In this document: piece after piece, positions 11,900 through 23,690 of the stretch | Layout of the letters: each line of letters opens with the position of its first letter | Position numbering within the stretch: the stretch's first letter is position 1 | Origin: the human T2T-CHM13v2.0 reference genome, Homo sapiens | DNA: 64,000 bases | Assembly: GCF_009914755.1 (NCBI RefSeq) | Contig: NC_060928.1 | Reading direction: 5' to 3' (one strand) | The notes under the pieces: generated by a model | The model's input: only the letters and a program-made list of their open reading frames with translations | Database searches by the model: none | What the model was told of the DNA's origin: nothing | Position numbers and translations under genes: made by a program

Positions 11900-13195
11900 T
11901 TATGTCCTCTCTTACTTCAAGCCAGCCAGCAGGCCCTTTTACATTTGGTGCTCTGGTCCATCCCACTCCACTCAAGGTTTTCTGGCTTCTTGCATACCTC
12001 CCTCCTCTATTAAGATTTCTCTGAAATTACTGATGTTAGATGTGTCTAGCCTCCCCAAGTTGATAGGTGACATCTTGTATATAGTTTGTAAGTATAGCTC
12101 TTCTTTACTAAATTTTGACTCCATAGACCTGGGTTCTCTTCAGATAATTATACATGCTCATGTTGCTCCCTTTGTGCTTAGAGAGATCTTTGGAGTTTGG
12201 TTGGATCTTTGGATAGCCACCAGTGTAACTTTTAGGCTCCCATGTGCTTATTCATAGCTATGGCAAACAGCCTGGAATAGAGGCAACGAAGTGTGAGAAG
12301 TAGCCCTATTACATTTTTAGGGGAAACTTGCAAGATTATTTTGCATTTAGGAACTTCTTCTTCTCCCTTAATATAAATCTCTGTTTCTGAGCATTTGTGT
12401 TTCTCCTGGGTGATGTGTGTTGTGACGGTGTTTGTGCATGGGTGTACACTCACCTGTGTGTGCCTGATTCAGTGTCGCCCTCATTTTTTGCCTCACCCAG
12501 GTGAGAAATCCTTGAGGAAAACTGTAGTGGTGTGATAAATCCTACCCTGGGTGTTCACGGGAAATCCTGCCCCCAGTACAGTGTTAGCATAGTTAAATAT
12601 AGTCTTTGGAAAATGTACTCACAGGGATTATTTTGTCACATAGATCCTCTAGTAGGGAAAAGAAGAGTGCTGCTAGACAGAGATAAAAATCCTGGGAGTA
12701 GTGGTGGGAGTTGCTTAAAAGGAAGTTAGTGAAGAGTTGGACTATAGCAATTTGAAGCAGTACTCTTATCACAGAAGGGTAGTCCTGAGGGCAGGTGTGT
12801 AGGAAAAGGGACTAGGGCATGTGTCCTGAGAACCCCCTGTTGAACGATTTTAAATTTTTGGTTCTTTTCCTTTGGAGAATAAAGATAGGCCCATAAAATG
12901 CACCATTTAAACATCTCACCTGTATTCCATTGGGATTCTCTTCAGTTAGCCCCAACACTTCATAAACTGTGATGTATTATCCAACCTTGTGTGAAGGTGA
13001 TGTGGATAAAGATATGGGGGAGGAGAGGGAGTTTGGCCTCCCACACTGAGCCTGTCTGAGCATTCAGCATCTTGTCAACGCAGGCTACAGTTCAGTAGTT
13101 CCTGGAGGCTGTGAGTGGTGGTAGATGTAGCTTGAAAAGAGCAAGGCAGAGCAGAGACATGGAAGGGAGATGGTAGCCGGCAGACTCAGGAGTGG
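11900..13195. mobile_element. Probable ancient LTR-element remnants (Gypsy/ERVL class, MamGyp/LTR8x-like)
   Basis: Higher-GC block; the minus strand at ~12214-12229 reads gttaca-ctggtggcta, resembling an LTR end followed by a PBS-like start of internal sequence. Confidence 0.35.
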
Positions 13196-13196
13196 C

Positions 13197-13910
13197 CATT
13201 CATGCATCACACAGTTATTTATTGAGCACATGCATTTGCTCACCCTGTTATAAACTTAGGATAATCAAATAGGAAGTGTAACACAAGATTCCTCATCTTG
13301 TGAGGCATATATTCTAGGGGATGATGGGAATAAGGCAGGAAATAAGCAACAGACATGATAAACAAATAAATTATAGGATTTGTTAGAGCCTGAGAGGTGT
13401 CATGGAATAAAGAATGGAGCAGGGTAAGGGAGATGGGGAATGCCAGGTAGCAGTGAGCATGAAATCTCAAATGGGTTGTCAGAGTAAGTCTAGTTGAGTG
13501 GATGCAGTTTGACTTTGGGAAGGACATGGAGGAGGCATATGGATGTCTGGAGGAAGAATGTTTCTGACAGAGGTAAGAATGAGTGCGAATGTCCTAAGGA
13601 GGGCATGTTTTCCTGAGGGACAGGAAGGATGAGGTGGGAGAGGAGTGGGTGAGGGACAGAGTGGGAGGAGAGGTCAGAGGGGACCTGGAATTATGTCCTG
13701 CAGGCTTCTGGATCTGTGCAAGAACTTTGATTTCTATTCTGATTCAAATAGGGAGCTCTTCTGGGGAAGTAACAGAATCTGATATATGTTTTTTGTTTGT
13801 TTGTTTGTTTTGTTTTTGTTTTTTTTTTTAAACTGTGGTTTCTCTCTTGAGAGTTGATTATAGAGAGGTAAAGGTTGAAGCTGGGAGAAATTTAGAAAGT
13901 ATTGCATGTT
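13197..13910 (-). mobile_element. LINE-2 (L2a-like) 3' portion
   Basis: cattcatgcatc..tatttattgagcac..atattctaggggatg..ggatgtctggaggaagaatgtttctgacagagg..gaactttgatttctattctga. Confidence 0.85.
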
Positions 13911-15404
13911 CCATGCCTGAGCAGAATGTTTGTCATGTTGATGCTAAATGTGTTTTACTGTCTACCAAAATGTCATTTTCTTTAGGTTTTAGAGTTTAGG
14001 TAAAATGCTATTCTCAATGGTCTGAATTTAGTTTTTAGATACCATGTAAAAGGTCATTTCAAAAAGTTTCCCTAATTATCTGTTCATTATTCTTTTTCAT
14101 TTTCCTGATTTCCATGCTACAATATAAAATGTGTATTTCATTTTAAATTATATCTTTTGGAGACTACAGATAAATGCTTTCTATAATATTTTACATTGAT
14201 GACTCAGAGTTCCAAGGAAAAACTGTCACTCAGCAGTGATTTCTGGCAGTCTGAGGAGAATAATAGAAGGCGTTAAAGTGAGTGGGAAGTAGGAGTGGAG
14301 GGAACAAGAGAAATGTCAACGGTATTGCAAAGAAGATCTGGAAGTAAAGTATAGCAAATCTGAAAATAATAATGAATACAGATGTGCCTTGTTTTAAGAA
14401 AATATTATACATAGAAATTCAAATGTTCAGAGCAGAATTTCCAACTTGACAAGAGAGAAAAAGGTTGTCAAACCTTCTCACTTTACAGGTGAGGAAATAA
14501 GTGTCCAGCAAGTTCAAGTGGCAGAGTTCTGCTGGCAACACAGATGTCTAACTCACTGCCCTGTGCAGCTAGTCAATTAGAAGGGGGTGATTATAGGTGT
14601 TGTAAAACTGTTCCCCTTCGAATGGCTTGTTCCCCTAGTGATTTTAAATATTTCACAGGCCATTAACTATGCATTAAAGAGACCGATGGTCTTGAAAGAC
14701 AAAGCTCTTGCAAATTTAGGTGAATTAGAAACAAGAAGAATCTTTGAAATCAGAATTTTAGTTAAAATTTATGATTTAAAGATCAATTATTATGTTACTA
14801 GTGTTATAAAGTATGATATTTTCCTAGGGGTTTACAAAGACCAGCACTCATATACATTGCAAGCAAGACTGTGAACCAGGAAGGCAGAGGACATATCTTT
14901 CTGTCCCCACTGCAAAGCCTTTGATGTAGACACTTGAGTTGATTAAAATTAAATTCATTTTAATATATACAGTATACTTCCCACACATGAGCCCAACGAT
15001 AATACTGTAAACATATTTACATATTAAATATGACTTGGTCAAGACATTTCTTAATTATTTAAATAATTGAAATAATTTGTTCTTAGTTATTTGTTCAAAC
15101 CTTACCATCACACAAAGTATTCTTTGACAATTAAGTATTCTTAATTCAAAGGGAAATGCCAACTTTTAATGGGTGCATCCACATATACCTAAATCTTCAG
15201 ATATATACTTACGTATATTTATTTATTCTCACTAAAGGTCTTCTCCTTACTCCAAAATATCTGTGATAGAATAAAGGGTGGGAGGCACTGAGGTGCACAG
15301 CAGTGAAAGAGGGAAATAGAAAAGTTCTAAAATTCCTCAACAATATCCCTTCCCTGTTTATGCTTTTACATTTTACAAACTCTTATGTGTGTAGACAGAG
15401 AGAA

Positions 15405-15535
15405 GCAGCATGGGATAGCAGCTAAGAAAATGGGCTTTTAAATTTGACACCTAGACTTGGATTCCAGCTCTGCTACCTGTTCTTTGTGGAACCACAGGAA
15501 CTTAATCTACCTACCTTACAAGGCTGTCGTGAAGA
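15405..15535 (+). mobile_element. MIR fragment
   Basis: gcagcatgggatagcagctaagaaaatgggcttt..attccagctctgctacc..ctacctaccttacaaggctgtcgtgaaga. Confidence 0.65.
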
Positions 15536-16035
15536 CATTAATCCTTAAAATATACTCAAAGTAAACATTCACTGAAAGTGTTAAAATCATAGTGATATCT
15601 ACTTCAAATATACTTATCTACCATTTTATTTGAGACAGGAAAGCCAAAGTGCCAAATAAGCCTTAAGTACATTGTTCAGCTCTTTGGCAATAAACTTACA
15701 GTCATAAAAAAGTCATTGTTTTCAACTACTATTTTGGGATACACACAAAAAATTCTGAAATGTAATAATTGAATTGGAACAGGAATTACATCAATTAGTT
15801 AAAATGCTGCTCACCTCCCATTGCATTTTGATGTTCTTATCTAAAAGCAAAGAGCTTGGCTGTAGAAGGAATAGAAATAGTTCAATGGAGAGTAATTAAA
15901 ACTTATAGTATATACACATATAACTTACTATGTAATATGTAATATTTAAAAATGTACACTTATGTAGAGGAATTCACAGACATAACTTAGGTAACTGATT
16001 TATGCTCTAAGGCTGCACAAATTTGAAACCCACCT

Positions 16036-16175
16036 TGGAATGACACTCCCTTCCCCTATCATCTGGAGATCTTTAATCACTTCAAAGAATCTTTTTCCAA
16101 ATAAGATCACATTCACAGGTTCTGGGGGTTAGGATATAGAAATATCTTTTATAGGGACACCATCCTACCCACTAT
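16036..16175 (-). mobile_element. MLT1C-like LTR 5'-end fragment (part of a local duplication)
   Basis: tttttccaaataagatcacattcacaggttctgggggttagga..accatcctacccacta. Confidence 0.75.
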
Positions 16176-16445
16176 AAGTATGTTTTCTATCTTTCAAATT
16201 ATTGCAATCAATATGTTTACTGATTGTTCTGTCACCGTATAATACAGGTGGCCTATAGGGAAGAGACGAGCACAATTTAAATCCGTAATTTTAAAGACAA
16301 GAAAGCTAATGTTCAAAAGCGCCATGTGACATGTTCATGCTGTTAGGAGCATAATTTCCTTCCCTGGTGTTTCTTCTACCTGAGGCATCTCCTTTGGTGC
16401 ATCACTCTTGGCCTTGCTCTACCTGCCTACTTGAGTTAGGTGCCA

Positions 16446-16852
16446 TAGTAATTTCCCAGGGCTATTGCAATAAATTACCACAAATTTAAACCACCAAATT
16501 CCTGGAGGCCAGAAATCCAATATCAAGGTGTCAGCATGGCCACGCTCCTTCTGGAGGCTCTAGGGGAAAAAGCTTCCCTGCTTCTTCAGGCTGCTGGTGG
16601 CTCCTAGAATTCCTTGACTTCTAACAGCCTGACTTCAAACTCTGCCTGTGTCTTCAAATGGCCTTCTCTTCTTCTCCATCTCCCTCTGCTTTTCCTTCTA
16701 AGGACGCTTATCACTGGAATGACATCCCCCTCCACCATCATCTGGAGATCTTTAATAATTGCAGATTGTTTTTCCAAATAAGGTCACATACACGGGTTCT
16801 GGGGTTAGGATATGAGAATATTTTTTGGGGGGGTGCCCATCCCACCCACTCT
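16446..16852 (-). mobile_element. MaLR LTR MLT1C-like
   Basis: aaattaccacaaa..ctggaggccagaaatccaatatcaaggtgtcagcatggccacgctcc..ggaggctctagggga..tttccaaataaggtcacatacacgggttctggggttagga. Confidence 0.85.
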
Positions 16853-16999
16853 GAGTATGTTTTCTATCTTTCTAGTTATTGCAGTCAACATGTTTGCCAG
16901 TTGTTCTGCCACTGTATAATATAGCCTGTCTCCTTTTCCAGTTTCATGTTTCTTTTCTACTTTTCTAGTCTCCACTAAGAGTTTCCTCTTGCTTTTCTG

Positions 17000-17600
17000 T
17001 CTTCTCAATGCCACCCTGTCCTAGAGTCGTTGCCACATATTTTAGGCATTTTTTGATTTTTTTATGGCTGCACTTCATGTTCAGTGCAAATTTATGTATT
17101 AGTTATATTACTGGGTAAATTATTTCAAAGTTTAATGACTTAGGACAATAATCATTTATTTTATTTGCCAATAAAATGACTGGCAATAAAATTTATTTGC
17201 CAATAATCATTTTACCTAGCAACAAATGTTGGTAAATAAATTTACAAACAAATTTTCCTGGGCTCAGCTGGTCAGTTCTTCTGTTGGTTTTGCTGGAACC
17301 TGTCGTGTTGCTACAGTTGGATGGTGGGTGGGCTGGGACTGAATAATTTGAAATGGTCTCACTCACATGGTGTTACTGCTGCCTAGCTGCTGTGTTTCTC
17401 TGTTTCTACACAGTCTCTTATCCTCAAGGAGGTTAATCTAGGTTTCTTTATATGGTGGTGATGTTCAAAGAGAGTGAGAATAGAAAAACAATACAAGTTG
17501 AAGTGTAGGTTCAGAACTTATACAACATTATTTCTAAGGCATTCTATTGGCCAAAGCCAGTCAGAAGGTTAGCAGATTCAATGGGTAGGGAAGTAGGAAG
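17000..17600 (-). mobile_element. Older MaLR (MLT1H-like) LTR ~17095-17600 plus adjoining MLT-int remnant
   Basis: gccacatattttagg..aaatttatgtattagtt (int/LTR junction), ctgggctcagctgg..tctcactcacatg..cattctattggccaaagc..cagattcaa. Confidence 0.7.
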
Positions 17601-18009
17601 CATCTTCCTTTCTCTCCTTTTGGAATCTGTCTGCAGAGAACACATTTTGCTTTCCTTCTCAATGCCTTAGGTCTTACAGCAGTAGTTCTTGCTTAGAGAG
17701 GCTTGTCATTGTCCAGTGCTGTCAGTGGGTAAGTAGGTTGCCTTGTTTAGGGGTTTAGGCTTATGAAGCCTATTTGTCTGCAAATGTATGTCACATTCTG
17801 TAATCTCAGCCTTATAAGCAATTACAGTTATATTTTGTCCTCTTGCCTGGAGTCTATAAGTTTTTTTTTTAATAGTTCAGAATTCATGGAGACTACAGGG
17901 ATATTATTTATTGGGCTATACATAAATTCAATGATTATACAAATAGTAAATGACCAAATAGTTCCTAAGGCTCAGTTTTCTTGACTGTACTACTTAGGTA
18001 AAATATGAT

Positions 18010-18393
18010 TGATATGGTTTGGCTCTGCATCCCTACCCAAATCTTATGTCTCATTGTAATCCCCAAGTGTTGGAGGAGGGACTTGTTGGGAGGTGATAGG
18101 ATTATGGGGGTGGATTTCCCCCTTGCTGTTCTTGTGATAGTGAGTGGGTTCTCACGAGATCTGGTGTTTTAAAAGTGTGTAGCACTTTCCCCTTTGCTCT
18201 CTCTCCTGCTCTGCCATGTGAAAATTGTGCCTGCTTCCCCTTCACCTTCCATCATGGTTATAAGTTTCCTGAGGCCTCCCCAGCTGTGCTACCTGTACAG
18301 CCTGTGGAACTGTGAGTCAATTAAACCTCTTTTCTCCATAAATTATCCAGTCTCGGGTATGTCTTTATAGCAGTGTGAGAATGTACTAATAGA
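18010..18393 (+). mobile_element. MaLR solo LTR, THE1D/MSTA-like
   Basis: tgatatggtttggctctg..gggaggtga..ctcacgagatctgg..taagtttcctgaggcctcccc..gtgagtcaattaaacctc..ctttatagcagtgtgagaa; 5-bp TSD atgat/attat. Confidence 0.93.
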
Positions 18394-19474
18394 ATTATCC
18401 TGGATATATAAAAAAAATCTGACACTCTGATTCAAATCTAATACTCTATAGGATTCAGAAAGTATTTGGAAAATGGTAACAAAAAGTCCAAAATAATACA
18501 TATTATGAATACAGCAGCTTTCTTGTGAATGAAATGTTTGGATAAAATGATAACAAAACATCTAATTATAGGTAATATTTGCTGTACATATACTGTAAAT
18601 ACTATACTTAGGGATATGCATGTGGATAAGAAAAATATGTAGGAACTTAGTTACTCTTAGTTGACAATATGAAGTGTGATAAAGGAGAGTAATAAGGTTG
18701 GTAAACCTCTAAGTGATGTCAGCGTTTCATGCGCTCCTTGTAGGATATTAGCCACAGACATTTGTGTTATTTATTGCTGTCATTATGCATTTTTTTCATC
18801 CATGGCAACCTCTCATAAACCATATTGTTAGTTCAGATGATGAAAGATACTATTTCAGATTTTGGTTTAAAGGATCTTAATGATATTTTTATTATATATT
18901 GGACCTGATACTGTTTCAGAACATGTCTTACAATTTCTATGCTTATTTAAGTTGCAATTAATACTCTTCTATATCCTCTTAACTGTAGATATATTCATAG
19001 TACTACTATAAACTACAGTATGAATACCTTTCTTTTAAACTTTGGTTTTCAAATAAATTATACCTTTAAGAATTAAAAAAAAACAAAAAGTAACATCTTT
19101 TTTATCCTGTTACAAAGGTTTAAAGGCAGCAATGGACTATGTAACATGTGACTATATGTCTTTGTTTTTCCATGTATCTCATTTAGATATTAGGCATCAC
19201 AAGTCTAGCAGATTTAAAGCAAATCCATAGGACATGAGAGAGCATGAATGAAATAGTAATTATATCAGAGCAGCAATTCTGCTCCTTTCTTTTGTCATTG
19301 CTGTTGTTATAATGGTTTCTGCATCAAAAATCTTTAAAATAAAACAAGAACATGGCCAAACAAACCTTTCTAATATAGGAATTTTAAGCAATTGTATATT
19401 TACACACATAGACACAAAGGCACACACGCACACACTTGCTTGACAGTAGGTAAATATTTAAATTGTTTTGTTTG

Positions 19475-19740
19475 AGCTGTTCACTAGATCAGGGAAAATA
19501 TTGTTCTTAAAGCCAAGGTCATGAGTTCAGATTCCAGGTGGGCAAGAAAGTTTTGTATGGAAAGGAACTTGGTTCCAAAGCCATGAATTGCCCCCTTAAT
19601 CCTAGTCCATAACCTAGCATATGCATTATTTCCTCTCAAGTGGGCTGATGATTTTGTGCAAACCTATCATGAGGACTGGACTGACCACTCAGCAAAAACC
19701 TTAGAGTTGGTGAGCCACTAGCATTCCTTTTCCATGTAAG
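19475..19740 (+). mobile_element. Probable MamSINE1 (ancient tRNA-headed SINE)
   Basis: gccaaggtcatgagttcagattccaggtgggc (degenerate tRNA B-box) followed by gttccaaagccatgaattgcccccttaatcctag..gtgcaaacctatca..actgga. Confidence 0.55.
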
Positions 19741-22402
19741 AAGCTTTGCATTTCAGATGATTTTTATTGCTTACTTTGCTGAACTAAGATTGAAGAAAAG
19801 CTCAAAAATAGTTTCTACTTTTGTAGATAGTCACTAAGGTGTTGGTTTGGGGAATTTATTCTGAGAGGAGAGTCTTCAAACCAAAGCATCTATAATAAAA
19901 AGGGCCACAGGGAGCCTTGAAAAAACAAAAGCTTTAATACTATCATCCGTTTTCATTCTAGAGAATCCTTTCCTTCCTTACATTTCTCATTTCATCTCCT
20001 CCATCTTCTAGAGAAAAATTATATTTGATCTTCAACATATAACTAGAAGCTTTTATAAAAATTCGTATAAACTTGAAGTTTCAAAACCAGAGAAAATCTT
20101 CCTTCAGGAATTAATGAAGTGGGTGAGAAATAGTTTAGTTTACTGCTTATGTATTCAGGGATGCAAATATTAAACAACAGTAAACTTTTAAGCCAAACCA
20201 CATGTAAATCAATCAATATAAATAAAATTACTGGCTTCTGAATTTAGCTATTTTTAAGTTTCCCCAAGGCTGTTAAGATTAGATACACTAAACCAGCGAG
20301 TTCTTTAAGCATATTCCCTTAGCAAATGTCACATGACAAAGAGATTTCAGAAGGAAAGATATGTAAAAACTTCATTAGAGCATAAAATAATTTTAGGCTT
20401 GTGATTTTATAGATCCGAACATAAGTGGGTATATTTTCCATAAAAATCCTTTTTTTCTCGGTCAGAAAACTTTAAACAGGCAATCGTTCAAAGGTAAAAA
20501 TTGGCACTTAAATTTTTGCTACTTTGAATGTTCATCAGATAAATTTCATCTTTTCAAGTTGATTTCAAATTGAGATTATGCCTTGAATGTCAAACTGAGG
20601 TTGACCATCAAGTTCAATGTTTGAGATTGTCCTTGATTCCCAGAAGGTTTAGTTGCCTTGGTTAATTCATTGTTCATGTGCAGCTTATGAAGCAGCACTG
20701 ACTGAGAAGTGTCCACAGTAAACCTGAATGAGCCTAATCCAAGCGGGTCAGAACTCTGAACTAAATAATTCTTCAAAGATTGATGCCAAAATTTGTCCTA
20801 ATGGTAAAAAAACAATTCTGAAAGCTTGAAGCCTTTCTCTCAAACATCCGAATGACATTAAATTTGCAAAGGGATTTCACTAGGGAGGGAATTGCTTTTT
20901 CATTTGTGTTCACTGCTAATCTACAAGAAAGCTTATTGACTTTGCATAAAACTTCATGGACAAGGGAAATTGAAAATAAATGTAATATCATTTTTTGGGG
21001 GGGGGGCCTGATGACCACAACATTACTTTTAGAATTTTGGAAACCTGAAGCACATCAAGGTTAAATAAATTGCTCTCAGGTAACAATGAAGAAAGATAAT
21101 AAATCAGCATAAGAACTCTTAAGATTTTGGCTTTAGTCATATGCTTGGGGCACTGATCTACAGTAGTCTCATGTAATTTATTCCTTTCTGTGTAATATTT
21201 TTGCAGTCATCATAAATTTTGTTTGATAATGTTTGACCCTGGAATTTTTATTTGTTGTAAATGAGAAATTTATATGAGCATGTTTGTAATTTAGAAAGAC
21301 AGAGTTTTTTACAAGAGTTCTCTTCAAAAGGGGGCTAGGTGCACTGACAGTGATGAGAGCATATGTTAATCTTCAGGGTCATCTCCTCCTGGTGGCAAAA
21401 TACTTCTCACGTGTAAAGAGTCTCAGTTGCTGTTTAGAACAAAATGAAATCAGACAGTCATACACAGAATTCTATATTTCTGAGCCTCTTGAAAATTGCA
21501 TCAGTGACAACATATATTGGTCTGTCTTCAACAAAGTGAGGAGAATATAAATTTTAAGTGTGACATATGTTCATATTTTGCAAATAAATACTACATAGCA
21601 GCACTTGGGGCGGGGAGTGGGGGAAGCGGCTGGGGGAGGGCGACAGAGGTGATAAGAGATGTATCTGGTGATTAGCCCCAGATGCTCATGTTAAGTGCTG
21701 AGTACATCTCAGGAGAATGCAGCTTTAATTACATGATCTCTATTTCTTTAATAGTTATATTTATGCCATGTGGGTGAAAAAATATTTATTTTGATATATA
21801 GGGAATCTAGGGTCAAGAGAAGTTAAATGATTTGTAAAGGTATGTGGTAGTTTAAATTTAGATGTGAGATCTGCTAAATATAACAGGAGTTCCTTAAATC
21901 CATAAATGCCATTTTAATGTTTTAATGCTCGCTATTTTGACAAATGGATTATGCATATAGAAAATATAGATGCCTGAACGTGCAATTATTTGTTAAAGGT
22001 CCTATTTCCAGGAGTAATTGAATAAATAATTTAATCACTGAAAGATAGAAATCAGACAGTTTACATTTTTTGGCAGTTACCAGTGGTTAACTCCAAATTC
22101 TATTGAAAAGTTCCTAAATCATCTCTAAAAATAAAGCCTATTTAAATGTCATGTTTCTTATTTATTTTTTCAAAAAGTAGTGGTATAAGCAAAAACTGTT
22201 TTATTTAAGCCCCAATTTTCATTATCAATTGACCTGTGTTACTGATCATTTATCCTGAATGTTGTCAACAAACAGACCAAAACCAAACAAGAAGTACTTT
22301 TATTCTGCAAGTGAACATAATGTAATAGCTGTAGGAGCTTACTGGAAAGAACTAGAAGTTTTAGAGTCTAGATCTGGTTCTTGTACTGACTTGACATCCT
22401 TT

Positions 22403-23376
22403 CTTGGATGTTTCAAAGACACCTCAAAATCGACATGTGTGAGACTGAGCTCATGATCTTCTCTCAGACCTGGTCATCTTTCAGTGTTTCCTATCTCAGT
22501 CAATGGTGCTAGCATCCACCCAGTCTGCAGCTCAGAAATCTAAAAGTCATCCTTTATACCTCCATCTTCTTAACCTTCCTATTTGATCTATCACATGATC
22601 CTGTAAATTTTATGCCTGTAATATCTCAATCTGCCAGTTTCTCTCCATCTCTGCTGCCTCCGCCCTAGTCCAGAATGCCATTGTCTCTTGCCTGTACTGA
22701 TGACCTCTAATCAGTCTGGGAGTGATCACTCTGACTTCTTCCAGTGTGAACACTACAGCAGAGCAACCTAGTCAAACTATAAATCGAATCGGATCACCTC
22801 TCTGCATAAAATTGTTTACTTATCTTCAGATAAATGGGGCTTGGGGAGGAAACTTAATCAGAACTGCAAGGCACCACATGGTCTGTCTGCTACTCATGCT
22901 TCCAGCCTCACATTTCCCATTTTCTTCCCTTTATTATAGCCAAATGAAATCACCCCTCTTTTGGTCACTCCTACTTCCCAGCACCACAGGGCCTTTGCAT
23001 AGGCTTTCTCCCTGCCTGGGACTCTCTTCTCTTTCTTCTTTGCCTGGTTAACTCCACTCATCTTTGAGGTCTCAGCTTGCACCAGTTCCTCAGGGAAATT
23101 GTCCCTAACATCACTAAGTAAAATCTCCCACTTAGGGGCTTGCATTGCCCTCTTTGTAGCTCTTGTCTTGATAGCGTTCTTACACATGTTGGTGTGGTTA
23201 GTTACTGTAGTAACAGCAGTCACTGTCCACCTCCCACATCTCACTATAGGCCATAAATTTTATAAAATCAGAAACAGAATCTGTTTCTTTATCAGCATGT
23301 TTCTAGCACTGAGTGCCAGTCTGAGTGACTAATAGTTTTTTGATACATGTTTATTGCAAGAATGAATGAGTGAGTA
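22403..23376 (+). mobile_element. LINE-2 (L2a-like) 3' ~1 kb
   Basis: ggatgtttcaaagacacctcaaaatcgacatgt..cctatctcagtcaatgg..catccacccag..agggcctttgcataggct..tgcctggttaactccactcatc..gaatgaatgagtgagt tail. Confidence 0.9.
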
Positions 23377-23593
23377 AATTATCTACCTATGTCTTTGTGT
23401 AAGCTACCAACTACTTTTCCCATGGTGTTCTCATCTTTAAAATGGAGAAAGATTTAATATTTTTAAAGGTCTTTGCTAGTTTTCCTCTCATACCATCCAA
23501 AATGTGTCTAATTTTAAATTAAGTATATGAAATTGGTTTGGAAAATTTGTTCAGTGCTGACTCATGTCAATCCGTATCTACTGAGTGGAGAGA

Positions 23594-23690
23594 TTGCCCA
23601 GGCTGGTCTCGAATGCCTGAGTTCAATCAGTCCTCCCCATTTGGCATCTCAAAGTGCTGGGATTATAGGTGCGAGCCACCATGCCTGGCC
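23594..23690 (-). mobile_element. Truncated Alu left monomer (FLAM/AluJ-like)
   Basis: ttgcccaggctggtctcgaa..caaagtgctgggattataggtgcgagccaccatgcctggcc. Confidence 0.9.

Noticed and set aside
11712-12257. Longest ORF in the window (181 aa, +)
   Set aside because: GTG start, no recognisable domain, no promoter or splice context; probably overlaps decayed LTR-element sequence
19500-19545. tRNA-like B-box sequence
   Set aside because: No intact cloverleaf or A-box; better explained as a SINE head
22722-23332. Overlapping 109/116/77-aa ORFs, one with a TM-like stretch
   Set aside because: Entirely inside a decayed LINE-2
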